64,000 nucleotides of DNA from the NCBI GenBank assembly GCA_002794035.1, contig PCXQ01000005.1, forward strand, positions 83,669-147,668. Reading direction: 5' to 3'. Numbering within the stretch: position 1 is the stretch's first letter; every line of letters begins with the position of its first letter. This stretch comes from Candidatus Yanofskybacteria bacterium CG10_big_fil_rev_8_21_14_0_10_36_16. Lineage in GTDB: Bacteria; Patescibacteriota; Minisyncoccia; 2-02-FULL-40-12; IGHO2-01-FULL-4-A. This document shows positions 1 to 8,891 of this stretch, one piece after another. The notes beneath the pieces are model-generated. The model saw only the letters and a program-made list of their open reading frames with translations. It had not been told where the DNA came from and searched no databases. The translations under genes were made by a program, and so were the position numbers.

Positions 1-1146
1 AACGCCGGTTTTAACAACCTTTTTATTTTGATTACCAGCATTAAAAACATGGCCAAAGCCGGCGAATGCCCTAAAATCAAAAGCTCCGTTGGAAAACAGT
101 GAGTAAAACACGTCAGCCTGAACTCCTCTTTTGGGCATAAGCGAATTCCAATCCTTATCAATCTCGTCATATCTAAGCGCTAAAGTAAGAGAGGACACTG
201 GGAAATAATTGGCTTCAGCAAAGCATCCCAAATCAGTCCGCCTCACACCCACAATATCACGGCTTGAACCGCCGGCTACTCCGCCAAGGACAAGCAGTTT
301 AGGGTTGACATCCAAGCTGGCCGTAACATAAGCGCGGTCAACCTTAGCTTCAAGACCCGATGCCCTGTGAGGCTGATCGGAGTGGATATAAGTTGCACCA
401 AATGAAGTGTTACCTCCGCCGAAAAGATGCTGATAGGCTCCGCCGTACGTCTGGGCGTCATTAAATGGTTCTACTTCATCAACTCTCATAGCAAAAAACC
501 TAACCGTATCTCTCATATTCCATGTATTCACAGCTTCAAACCCAAGTCCGTAGTTTTGGCCGAATTTATGTCCTTGGACAGATTCGTTTTGGATAAAATT
601 CCTGGGCGTCGGGTATCTGTCATTGCCCATAAACATTGATCCCCTAACTTGGGGCAGGCGTCCAGTCCTAATCTGATAGGTTGACTTCTCATTGCCGCCG
701 GTATATGTAAGATTCCCCGCCTTAAACCATCTGGCGTGCCTTTGCAGTCCAAATGCTGAACGGAAGGCTTCATTGGGTCGAATTTCGCTGAATGCCGCCC
801 ACTGGCTCTTATCACCGAAATTAACTGTAGCGAACATGTCATACTCTTCATAGGCGGTTTTGCCCTGCCAATCCTTGCCTGCGGATTTTGTCTGGGTATT
901 AGTAAATTTATATACCAACGAAACCACATCCAGAGGATTAGAGATTTCTTTTTTTTCAAAATCGAACCGATATCCCCGTAACTTAAATTCGTAGCCCATA
1001 CGATTAAGTCGCGGCCACGCATTACTGATATGACAGTGGTTACAATTCATGCCGTATCTGTTGGCCCATTGTGGAACCGCCTGCGCATTAGGCGCAATCA
1101 TAGAAACCGCAAAAAACAAAACTAACGCAGTAATGATTTTGTTCAT
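1..1146 (-). CDS. Secreted hypothetical protein (partial, C-terminus beyond window) with a CxxCH (NCNHCH) motif after the signal peptide and a long beta-rich region
   Basis: Hand translation from ATG at 1146 (RBS AGGAGGG upstream) is open to position 1 (382 codons checked block by block). The N-terminus is MNKIITALVLFFAVSMIAPNAQA, a signal peptide. It was not in the ORF track because it runs off the window edge. Confidence 0.5.
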   Translation of the reverse strand, partial: MNKIITALVLFFAVSMIAPNAQAVPQWANRYGMNCNHCHISNAWPRLNRMGYEFKLRGYRFDFEKKEISNPLDVVSLVYKFTNTQTKSAGKDWQGKTAYEEYDMFATVNFGDKSQWAAFSEIRPNEAFRSAFGLQRHARWFKAGNLTYTGGNEKSTYQIRTGRLPQVRGSMFMGNDRYPTPRNFIQNESVQGHKFGQNYGLGFEAVNTWNMRDTVRFFAMRVDEVEPFNDAQTYGGAYQHLFGGGNTSFGATYIHSDQPHRASGLEAKVDRAYVTASLDVNPKLLVLGGVAGGSSRDIVGVRRTDLGCFAEANYFPVSSLTLALRYDEIDKDWNSLMPKRGVQADVFYSLFSNGAFDFRAFAGFGHVFNAGNQNKKVVKTGV

Positions 1147-1350
1147 CTTTCCCTCCTTTCGCTTTTTAAAAAATCTAATTTGCGAGGTGTCTAAAAATAC
1201 CCGATTATACCCCCGCTAACAAAAATGTATACCAATAATCAATATTTACCAAAGTTTTAACCTAAGGTTAAAAACAGAGAATGCTCCTAAAAATATAGAA
1301 AGATAACCCAGCATTAACATAAGCAAGGTTTTAAACCACATTTTATGCAT

Positions 1351-1382
1351 TATAATTGACAAAAATAATTAGAAATTATAAT
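1351..1382 (+). promoter_or_regulatory. Sigma70-like promoter (TTGACA, 15-17 nt spacer, TATAAT) upstream of trmB-like gene
   Basis: TTGACA at 1351 and TATAAT/TAATAT about 16 nt downstream, in an AT-rich divergent intergenic region. Confidence 0.4.
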
Positions 1383-1500
1383 ATAATACGACGACCAAAA
1401 AGTCGCCTCGTGTCTATATGTTCACATTACATCAGTTGCCAAGTGCCACTCCTTCACTTAAAACTGTGGAGGGACACAGCAGACGCCAGGTGCTACCACT

Positions 1501-2232
1501 ATGGAGATACAAAAAATCATACAAAATTTAGGGTTAACCGAAAAAGAAGCGGCTGTTTACTTGGCTAGTCTTGAGCTTGGAGACGAAAAACTGTTCAAGA
1601 TAGCAAAAACCGCTCACATACCCAGGACAAGCTGCTACAACATGGTAAAATCTTTAATTTCAAAGGGGCTGATCAGTGTTTTTAAAACTGGAACAGGGCA
1701 ATTTTATAAAGCAGAAAGTCCGGAAAGACTTTTAAACTCCCTTCGAGAAAATGAAATTTCTTTGCGTAAGATACTCCCCCAGCTCAAATCAAAACACCAA
1801 GAAACAAATAACAAGCCAAGGGTTTATTTTTATGAAAACGCCCAAGGTATAAAAACAATTTTAGAGGATATTTTAATAAAACAGCATCCCCTCATGGCTA
1901 TAACTTCTGTTGATGATGCTTTAAATGTTTTGGGTGATAATTTTAGAGATTTTATAAACAAAAGGCACAAAAAATACTTGAGGGTCAGATTATTAACCCA
2001 AAAATCTGATTATTCCTTGGAATTAAAAAATCGTGATGAACAGGAATTGCGACGAACAAAATTCCTGCCTGTCGATTTTATCTTCAAAACAGCAAATTTT
2101 ATTTACGGCAACAGGATAGCTATAATAGACTTCCAAAGAAAAAATCCTTTCGGATTAATAATAGAAGACGAGAACATATCTGAAACACAACGGATGCTTT
2201 TTGAAATAACATGGAAACAAGCCACCTCCTAA
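1501..2232 (+). CDS. TrmB-family HTH transcriptional regulator
   Basis: N-terminal LGLTEKEAAVYLASLELGDEKLFKIAKTAHIPRTSCYNMVKSLISKGLI matches the TrmB winged helix. The C-terminal TrmB-like domain is present. Confidence 0.7.
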   Translation: MEIQKIIQNLGLTEKEAAVYLASLELGDEKLFKIAKTAHIPRTSCYNMVKSLISKGLISVFKTGTGQFYKAESPERLLNSLRENEISLRKILPQLKSKHQETNNKPRVYFYENAQGIKTILEDILIKQHPLMAITSVDDALNVLGDNFRDFINKRHKKYLRVRLLTQKSDYSLELKNRDEQELRRTKFLPVDFIFKTANFIYGNRIAIIDFQRKNPFGLIIEDENISETQRMLFEITWKQATS

Positions 2233-2265
2233 AGAAAAACGAATAGCACCTAAAAAACGTCACCG

Positions 2266-2296
2266 CTTGTAAGTGGTGACGTTTTTTTATTATTCG
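2266..2296 (+). terminator. Intrinsic terminator after trmB-like gene
   Basis: ACGTCACCGCTTGTAAGTGGTGACGT hairpin followed by a T7 run. Confidence 0.6.
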
Positions 2297-2518
2297 ATGG
2301 GGTAGGTTTCCTATCGAACTCGTTTCCAAAGCCAGATAACAACTGCGACAACCCTAACCACAGCATTAAACCTCGGGATAATAACATATGCATTTTCAGG
2401 CCTTGTCTTATTGCTGGGTCTAATATCAGTTTGGACAGGAATAACCTTTTACAGTCTAAGAAAAAAAGATAGCTCAGGAACTATGCCTAATCTGAGTTAA
2501 TAAAAAATAGTTAAAAAA

Positions 2519-2551
2519 CAAAAACCCCTCCTTTTAAAAGGAGGGGTTTTT
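2519..2551 (-). terminator. Intrinsic terminator (bidirectional hairpin) after cupin gene
   Basis: AAAACCCCTCCTTTTAAAAGGAGGGGTTTTT perfect hairpin with flanking A/T runs, 10 nt past the cupin stop. Confidence 0.6.
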
Positions 2552-2560
2552 AAAAAGTTT

Positions 2561-2959
2561 TTATTCTGTTGTGATTCCATCAAAATCTTCTTCGTTTGCC
2601 ATTGCTTCCTCTTTTGTAGCCCTGACTATGCCGTCTTTATGATGTGCTGGAGAATAAATAGTATAAAGCTTTAAATCATCTTCTTCTGAAGTATTGATTA
2701 CGTTGTGCTCTGCTCCAGCAGGCACAACAATAGCTGAACCATCTTCAAGTTCATATTCTTTACCATCAATTGTGCATTTGCCTTTGCCCTCTTCTATTCT
2801 AAAAAACTGATCATTATCAGCATGAATTTCCATGCCGATATCCTCTCCCGGCTTTAATGACATCAGAACAAGCTGGCTATGCTTTGATGTATATAATACC
2901 TTTCGAAAATTACTATTTTCTAAGGTGTCTTTTTCTATATTTGAATTAAATCCTTTCAT
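2561..2959 (-). CDS. Cupin-domain protein
   Basis: Cupin_2-like core (GEDIGMEIHADNDQFFRIEEGKGK...AIVVPAGAEHNVIN). The track ORF extends to 3052. The likely start is MKGFNS at 2959, or MSVGM at 2971. The start region lies inside the terminal inverted repeat of a repeat element. Confidence 0.6.
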   Translation of the reverse strand: MKGFNSNIEKDTLENSNFRKVLYTSKHSQLVLMSLKPGEDIGMEIHADNDQFFRIEEGKGKCTIDGKEYELEDGSAIVVPAGAEHNVINTSEEDDLKLYTIYSPAHHKDGIVRATKEEAMANEEDFDGITTE

Positions 2960-3110
2960 CCCCACACTCATTAAGAATAACCCGGAAAAGCTTATTGCAA
3001 ATTCAACTTCCCAACTTATTCCTAAATATTTATTTTTTAGTTTACCTCCCACTTCTGTTCAAAAATTTAAGGCAAATTCTTAATGCTTAATGAGTGTGGG
3101 AATTCATAAT
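2957..3110. repeat. About 154-bp MITE-like element with about 25-bp terminal inverted repeats (copy 1)
   Basis: Left end TCATCCCCACACTCATTAAGAATAAC (2957-2981), right end AATTCTTAATG[CTTAATG]AGTGTGGGAATTCATAAT (3075-3110). Subterminal CCCACTTNTGTTNAAAAAT is shared with copy 2 at 19901-20049. Confidence 0.5.
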
Positions 3111-3148
3111 GTTAATAATATCACAACAGATGTGAAATGATGATGAAA

Positions 3149-3616
3149 TTATTTTTTATTAATATTTTTCCAAAGCCAAACAATGGCAAGAACCCCTACA
3201 ACAAGCCAAACAAGGTGGATAACACACATAAGTGAAAACCAAAATCCACCCAACCCCCAGTGATGACCCCGAGACATCATGTTCCAACCATCGCCATAAT
3301 CATCGGAATTCATGAATCTGCCCATCATCATTCCATGCGGTCCTGGGTATTCGTCCATAAGTTCAACCATGCGATCCGCTTCTTCTTCTGTCATAGTACC
3401 AGACATCATTTTTGTCATTAAATCCTCCATTTCCTCATGGATTTCATCTCCTACTGCCTGATCTTCAACATAACGCATCATATTATAACCGTCACCCACC
3501 TCATCAAAATCCAACATCATGCCCCCGTGAGCAAAAACAAAAACGGGAACTAAAAACAAAGCAATCAAACTTGATACAAATATTTTTTTCACAATTATGT
3601 TAAGCCAATTACGCAT
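3149..3616 (-). CDS. Met/His-rich membrane-anchored protein, putative copper-binding
   Basis: Signal/TM, then repeated Met-rich motifs (HGGMMLDF, MMRY, MMSGTM, HGMMMGRFM, WNMMSRGHH) like CopC/PcoE-type Met-rich Cu(I) sites. C-terminal TM helix. Directly downstream of the P1B ATPase. Confidence 0.5.
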   Translation of the reverse strand: MRNWLNIIVKKIFVSSLIALFLVPVFVFAHGGMMLDFDEVGDGYNMMRYVEDQAVGDEIHEEMEDLMTKMMSGTMTEEEADRMVELMDEYPGPHGMMMGRFMNSDDYGDGWNMMSRGHHWGLGGFWFSLMCVIHLVWLVVGVLAIVWLWKNINKK

Positions 3617-3658
3617 AGCACAATAAGCTCAGTTAAAAATTTATTAATCAAAAACAAA

Positions 3659-5881
3659 TTAAAGTTCTTCTTTTTTTAATAATATCGCATTAACCGCAAC
3701 AATTACAGTACTCACAGACATTAATATTGCAGCTATTGCCGGCTGTAAAATTATCCCCTTAAAAGCGAGCACGCCAGCCGCCAAAGGCAGTGCTATCACA
3801 TTGTAACCAGCGGCCCAAAACAAATTTTGAATCATTTTCTTGTATGTAAGCTTAGAAAGTTTGATAATGCGGACTATGTCTCTTGGATCATCTTTTACAA
3901 GTATTATGCCGGCAGACTCTATGGCAACATTAGTGCCAGCTCCAATAGCAATACCGAGATCAGCCTGCGTAAGAGCAGGAGCGTCATTTATGCCATCCCC
4001 AACCATCGCAACTTTCCGTCCTTCTGACTGCAGAACCCTTACCTTATCTGCCTTTTGACCGGGCAAAACACCTGCAAAATACTTATCGATATTAAGTTCT
4101 TCAGCAACCCATTTAGCAACTTCTGCTGAATCGCCTGTTATCATTGCAATCTCTACTCCTTCTTCCTTTAGTTTTTGCAAAGCATCCTTAGACTCAGGTC
4201 TTATTGTATCCGACAAAGACAAAATACCAATTAAATTATTGGAATCTAATACATAAATTATTGTTTTGCCTTTTTTTGAATCACTTTCAACTTCACCCTC
4301 AAGATCTCTAGGAATATTAATATTGAATTCCTCTGCTAGGCTTTTACTGCCCACAAAAATTTCTTTTCCTTCTATCTCACCCTTTACTCCCCTGCCTGGA
4401 ATTCTTGAAAATTTAATTGCCTCATGAAAATTAATATTTTCTTCTTTTGTTTTTTTAACAATTGCTTTGGCAATAAAATGTTCTGAATGGGCATCAATTG
4501 CTGCCGCCATACTCAAAACATCCTCTTTGCTTTTATTCTCTGCGGGCCACACGTTGCTTACGCCGTACTCTCCCGAGGTTAAGGTTCCTGTCTTATCAAA
4601 CAATACAGTATCGATGTTTCTTGCCGCCTCAAGCGCTAAACGGCGTTTAACTAGAAAACCATTCTGTGCCGCCATAGTAGTAGAAATTGACGCAACCAAA
4701 GGAATCGCCAATCCCAAAGCATGAGGACAAGTAATAACCAAAACCGCAACCAAACGTGAAATAGCAAATGGGAAACCTGCGTCAGAAAAAAGCGTCCATC
4801 CGGCAAATGTTATGACGCCTCCGCTTATTGCAATAATAGTAAGATAATAAGCAGCCTTATCTGAAAGAAGCTGTAATTTTGATTTAGAATTTTGAGCTTC
4901 TTCAACCAACCGCATGACTCCCGACAAAAAAGTATCTTCTCCTATTTTGGAAACACGCGCCTTTAAGGATCCGTTGCCGTTTACCGTACCGGCAATAACC
5001 TCATCTCCCTGTTCTTTATTTACCGGCCTTGATTCGCCGGTAACCATAGATTCATTGATATCTGAAGAACCCTCAACAATCACAGCGTCCGCTGGAATTT
5101 TACCTCCCGGACGGATAAAAACCACGTCGTCTTTCTTTAATTCCGAAAGGGGAATTATTTTATTATTTCCGTTTTCTATTATCTCAGCTTCATCCGGAAG
5201 AAGCTTTGATAATTCTTTAAGAGCACCTTGAGCTCCCTTAACCGCTCGCATTTCCATCCAATGGCCCAAAAGCATGATAGTAATAAGAGTTGCCAGTTCC
5301 CAGAATAAGACATCTCCCTTTCCTGTTATAACAACAGAAAGGCTATATATATAAGCAGTAAATATAGCCAATGAAATAAGGGTCATCATCCCCGGCGACC
5401 TACCTTTAAGCTCGCGCCAAGCACTGGAAATAAATATCCAACCGCCATAAAAGAATATTATAGAAGATAAAATAAGAGGCAAAAAACTGGAACCGGGAAA
5501 TGAAGGGGCTGTGTAACCAAAAAGTGTATTTACAATCTCAGAATACATCACCACCGGCACCGACAAAACCAAGCTCACCCAAAATTTTGTTTTGAATATG
5601 TTGCCATGTTTTTTATGACCATGACCCTCGTGCTTATCTTCTTTTTTAATTTCTTGTAAAACCAGCTTCATACCGCATGACGAACAAAGACCGGGAGAAT
5701 CTTTGCGTTCTTCTGAGTGCATAGGGCAAACATAAGCCTTATTTTTATGCTCACTATGCTCGTCTCTGGTTTTGTCTTGTGATTCCACTAATTGCATACC
5801 GCATTCACTACAAAGGCCTGGCCGATCCTGCTTAATATCCGGATGCATGGGACAGATATAAATTTTATTATTGTTTTCCAT
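3659..5881 (-). CDS. copB: Heavy-metal (copper) translocating P1B-type ATPase, CopB-like (CPH motif)
   Basis: DKTGT, GDGINDAPAL and TGES motifs. TM6 motif CPH (ITCPHALGLAIP), typical of the P1B-3/CopB subtype. Two N-terminal repeats of YxCPMHxxxxxxxPGLCSxCGM, an HMBD-type module. Confidence 0.8.
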   Translation of the reverse strand: MENNNKIYICPMHPDIKQDRPGLCSECGMQLVESQDKTRDEHSEHKNKAYVCPMHSEERKDSPGLCSSCGMKLVLQEIKKEDKHEGHGHKKHGNIFKTKFWVSLVLSVPVVMYSEIVNTLFGYTAPSFPGSSFLPLILSSIIFFYGGWIFISSAWRELKGRSPGMMTLISLAIFTAYIYSLSVVITGKGDVLFWELATLITIMLLGHWMEMRAVKGAQGALKELSKLLPDEAEIIENGNNKIIPLSELKKDDVVFIRPGGKIPADAVIVEGSSDINESMVTGESRPVNKEQGDEVIAGTVNGNGSLKARVSKIGEDTFLSGVMRLVEEAQNSKSKLQLLSDKAAYYLTIIAISGGVITFAGWTLFSDAGFPFAISRLVAVLVITCPHALGLAIPLVASISTTMAAQNGFLVKRRLALEAARNIDTVLFDKTGTLTSGEYGVSNVWPAENKSKEDVLSMAAAIDAHSEHFIAKAIVKKTKEENINFHEAIKFSRIPGRGVKGEIEGKEIFVGSKSLAEEFNINIPRDLEGEVESDSKKGKTIIYVLDSNNLIGILSLSDTIRPESKDALQKLKEEGVEIAMITGDSAEVAKWVAEELNIDKYFAGVLPGQKADKVRVLQSEGRKVAMVGDGINDAPALTQADLGIAIGAGTNVAIESAGIILVKDDPRDIVRIIKLSKLTYKKMIQNLFWAAGYNVIALPLAAGVLAFKGIILQPAIAAILMSVSTVIVAVNAILLKKEEL

Positions 5882-5902
5882 AATAATTGATGCTTAATTT
5901 TA

Positions 5903-6838
5903 TTATACCCCACAACTACCTCCTGCCGAAATTTGAACAGGTTCAATTTCAGCTCGTATCTGCCTATAAGCAACTGCGCTTGAATAGTCATTCCCCAAAA
6001 CTTCTTTTGGATCTACATCACTCCAATCAATCCCCCTCTTTTCTTTCATAAATTTAGCTATAGTAAGGTAGGTATCAGGGAACCAATATGAATTAAACTT
6101 TAAAGCAAATTCATACATTTGGCTTTCTGTAAGACCCCTATCGGCCATCAATTCAAGCAAACCAAGCATGGCCATTCCGTGATTACAATCTGGGAAATAT
6201 GTATGATTACCGCAACAAGGACGATATATACCCTTAGCAACCCTCTCAACCAATTCTTGCTTAGATTCATCTAGATTTACAAAATCATGCTTACTGTAAT
6301 GACTCATGGGATTGCCATCAGCTAAAGACCATCCGCCGGTAGAGGCAAATTTCGAGGTATCATATTCAGTCATTGGGCCCTCTTCTAAAACCCTGTTTTT
6401 GTTTGCTAAACCAAATGCCCAAAGAAGATTTAAAATCTGTCCCGCATTTTCTTCATTTATTTTAATCTCTGTAATACCGCTTTCATATAATAGTTTTTTT
6501 GTTTCCTCGTGTATGCCTCCCCTTTGCTCGAAAAGTTTTTCAAATTTACCAACGTCTATAACCCCGGTAGAAGCCAGCTTCCTACCAGCATCATTCCACC
6601 AAACAGGAATAACAACTTCATTAGGCAAAACTTCTTTTTTAGTTTTGTTTTCCCTATAATCAGCTATCGCACTGTCTACTTTTGCCAATAAATTCAAATT
6701 CAAACCCACAACCTGAGTAAAAACAAAGGTGATGGCAACAACAATAGCTAAACCTTTCCAAGTCATAACTTTTTTAGATATTTCTTTAATTTTTTTTATA
6801 TTATTTTTAATTTTTTCCATATTTTTTATAACTGGCAA
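5903..6838 (-). CDS. Membrane-anchored hypothetical protein with conserved Cys/His cluster (CCGNHTYFPDCNHGMA ... GGSCGV)
   Basis: N-terminal TM anchor, soluble domain, no recognised family. Sits between the copB-like ATPase and the DUF411 gene. Confidence 0.35.
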   Translation of the reverse strand: MPVIKNMEKIKNNIKKIKEISKKVMTWKGLAIVVAITFVFTQVVGLNLNLLAKVDSAIADYRENKTKKEVLPNEVVIPVWWNDAGRKLASTGVIDVGKFEKLFEQRGGIHEETKKLLYESGITEIKINEENAGQILNLLWAFGLANKNRVLEEGPMTEYDTSKFASTGGWSLADGNPMSHYSKHDFVNLDESKQELVERVAKGIYRPCCGNHTYFPDCNHGMAMLGLLELMADRGLTESQMYEFALKFNSYWFPDTYLTIAKFMKEKRGIDWSDVDPKEVLGNDYSSAVAYRQIRAEIEPVQISAGGSCGV

Positions 6839-6847
6839 ACAATAATT

Positions 6848-7294
6848 TTACCAGTTTTTACAACATTCAATTATTTTTTTAACAGTTGTCGAAACAACGG
6901 GCACATTTCTAAAAATATAAACAGCAGCAAACAATCCCCACAAAACCGCCAAAAAATACCATTGCGCATAATACTCTATCTCTCTAAAATAAATTGCGGT
7001 GTAGGCTATTGCCGCTAATGTAATAAGAAATGGCAAACGAAATAACTTTAATTTTTCATCTACCTTACCATCAACAAAATAGTAAAAACCTGTAACGCTT
7101 TGCCCCATAAACAAAGCCACTAGGGCTTTGTCATAGATGTAGCCCATATGCAAAGCCAAAAGCAATCCTGCCCAACTCAAAACCACGCTTGCGCATATAA
7201 CGCAAAATTTAGTTTTTAGCAAACTTCGCAATACCAGAAGTAATGGAAATAGTATTGCAGGCAACAAAATTAAAATAAAAGAATTTTCTACCAT
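6848..7294 (-). CDS. Small polytopic membrane protein, DsbB-like (CVIC in first loop, CC near C-terminus), putative
   Basis: Four predicted TM helices, CxxC after TM1 and a C-terminal Cys pair, with a size like DsbB/BdbC. Assignment is tentative. Confidence 0.3.
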   Translation of the reverse strand: MVENSFILILLPAILFPLLLVLRSLLKTKFCVICASVVLSWAGLLLALHMGYIYDKALVALFMGQSVTGFYYFVDGKVDEKLKLFRLPFLITLAAIAYTAIYFREIEYYAQWYFLAVLWGLFAAVYIFRNVPVVSTTVKKIIECCKNW

Positions 7295-7803
7295 AACAGC
7301 AACTCAAAAATGGAAGCTGATGCCAAAAGGAGAAGAAATGTTGTTATTAACCCCTGATAAGGCAAGGCGGATCCATTTCGCAATAACGATATTTTCTTAC
7401 TGATAATCGGGGAAATAACAATAACAATTCCTCCAACCAATGATCCGATCAAAAAATGATTGATTAAATATGTTCTGCCATATTCCCCCAAAAAAGGAAC
7501 GTAAACAGAAGAATATTCCTGCATCAATGGAACAAGCGGTACAACAGTTCCGACAAAAGATCCGGCAACGATAGCTTGTCCTTGTCCTTTAAAATAATTC
7601 TTTTTAATCCAATGCGAGGCCCAATATCCAAGAGCCATGCCAAACGCCCCAACAAACACACCAATAGGAGCTGCGCCTACGCCTAGCCACTTAGCACCAA
7701 GAGCTGCTAATCCTGCTCCCGCAGTACACAAAGGACAGTGGGCAAAAACAGGTACCGCCATACCAATACCAATAAACACAGATAAAATAATTAATAAGTT
7801 CAT
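7288..7803 (-). CDS. Membrane protein with HCPLC motif at start of TM helix (possible metal-binding)
   Basis: Polytopic hydrophobic protein. VPVFAHCPLCTAGAGL resembles MerT-type Cys pairs. No confident family call. Confidence 0.3.
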   Translation of the reverse strand: MNLLIILSVFIGIGMAVPVFAHCPLCTAGAGLAALGAKWLGVGAAPIGVFVGAFGMALGYWASHWIKKNYFKGQGQAIVAGSFVGTVVPLVPLMQEYSSVYVPFLGEYGRTYLINHFLIGSLVGGIVIVISPIISKKISLLRNGSALPYQGLITTFLLLLASASIFELLLW

Positions 7804-7844
7804 GCTTAATATTTACCGGAAATATAAAACTTCCAGTAAATTGA

Positions 7845-8333
7845 TTATAGATTCAAATACGATCCGATTTCACCGCCTTCTAGTATTGAATAAACAGCAA
7901 AATCACTATTCTTAACACCCGGCATGCCGGGGGAACCGGAAGGCATGCCCTGCAATCCTATACCCATTATGCTCGGCTTTTCTTTTAATAATTTAGACAC
8001 GGCTTCAAGTGGCATATGCCCCTCAACAACATACCCGCCTATTGTCATAGTATGACAACTCGAATGATCATACGGGACTCCGTATTTATCTTTAATTTCA
8101 TCCATTTCATCAGTAACTATTCTTTCAACTTCAATGCCGTAACGCTTTAAATAACCGATGTAATTATCGCAACACCCACAATTTGGTGATTTATAAACCT
8201 GAGCCTCCAAACCATCAAGATGGGCCCAAGCATCCTTTAATGTTGGAGGACTCGCAGGCGACATCCAGGCTAACCCCAAAACAACAACACCTATTATAAT
8301 GATTGATAAAAATATTTTTTTTGAATTTTTCAT
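7845..8333 (-). CDS. DUF411 (CopG-like) copper-resistance-associated protein
   Basis: Signal/TM anchor then the NCGCC motif characteristic of DUF411/CopG proteins in copper-resistance loci. Confidence 0.65.
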   Translation of the reverse strand: MKNSKKIFLSIIIIGVVVLGLAWMSPASPPTLKDAWAHLDGLEAQVYKSPNCGCCDNYIGYLKRYGIEVERIVTDEMDEIKDKYGVPYDHSSCHTMTIGGYVVEGHMPLEAVSKLLKEKPSIMGIGLQGMPSGSPGMPGVKNSDFAVYSILEGGEIGSYLNL

Positions 8334-8351
8334 AATTTTAATAAATTAAAA

Positions 8352-8376
8352 CGCCCGTTCAGATGTTGAACGGGCG
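8352..8376 (-). terminator. Intrinsic terminator
   Basis: CGCCCGTTCAGATGTTGAACGGGCG hairpin. On the minus strand it is followed by TTTTAATTT. Confidence 0.5.
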
Positions 8377-8419
8377 TACAGTTAAAATTAATATAAGCTA
8401 AACTTATAAACAACCGACT

Positions 8420-8857
8420 TTACGCCCTGATTAACGTGCCAGGAAAATATCTCTTGTTATGAATAGAACTCCAAAATAAGATCTTTTGCTTATAGCTATA
8501 GAAGAATTCCAAAATCTCCATGCGTAACCTATAAACAAATGTATAACTCAATATTTTTTTTTCTGGACTTGCCTTAATTAAGCCAGAAAAAACAAAAGCA
8601 AAAATAGCTAATAGGAAAATACTAGAAAAATTAAAACCTCCTATAAATACAGCTTGACTTAAGGACATAATTCCTGAAATATGGTGTGAAACAACAGCAA
8701 TCGGACTATTGCTTGGCGGGCATGCCCCATTTATCATACTGGCGATGGGACAATCAAGGTTAATGCTATGATCCATAGGAACAATAGTAAATACACTAAA
8801 CATGTTAGTGACAAATAAAAATAATATTAAAATTATTGCATATACCTTGTACCTCAT
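8420..8857 (-). CDS. Polytopic membrane protein with CP-x9-CPP motif
   Basis: The track ORF runs 8420..8980 but overlaps the upstream hydrolase gene by 88 bp. An internal start MRYKVYAI at 8857 avoids the overlap. No family recognised. Confidence 0.35.
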   Translation of the reverse strand: MRYKVYAIILILFLFVTNMFSVFTIVPMDHSINLDCPIASMINGACPPSNSPIAVVSHHISGIMSLSQAVFIGGFNFSSIFLLAIFAFVFSGLIKASPEKKILSYTFVYRLRMEILEFFYSYKQKILFWSSIHNKRYFPGTLIRA

Positions 8858-8891
8858 ATCGGCTTTTATTTTAACACATAAATAATAAAAA

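Noticed and set aside
2290-2500. Hydrophobic peptide-like reading frame between trmB and the cupin gene
   Set aside because: There is no in-frame start codon and stops lie in the adjoining frames. It is probably noncoding or a decayed fragment.
3827-5231. Several plus-strand ORFs (66-105 aa) inside the copB-like gene, and similar ones inside copA (30500-30844), the NRPS-like gene and typA
   Set aside because: They are embedded antisense or alternate-frame ORFs within well-supported long genes with strong domain evidence. They have no RBS or conservation signal.
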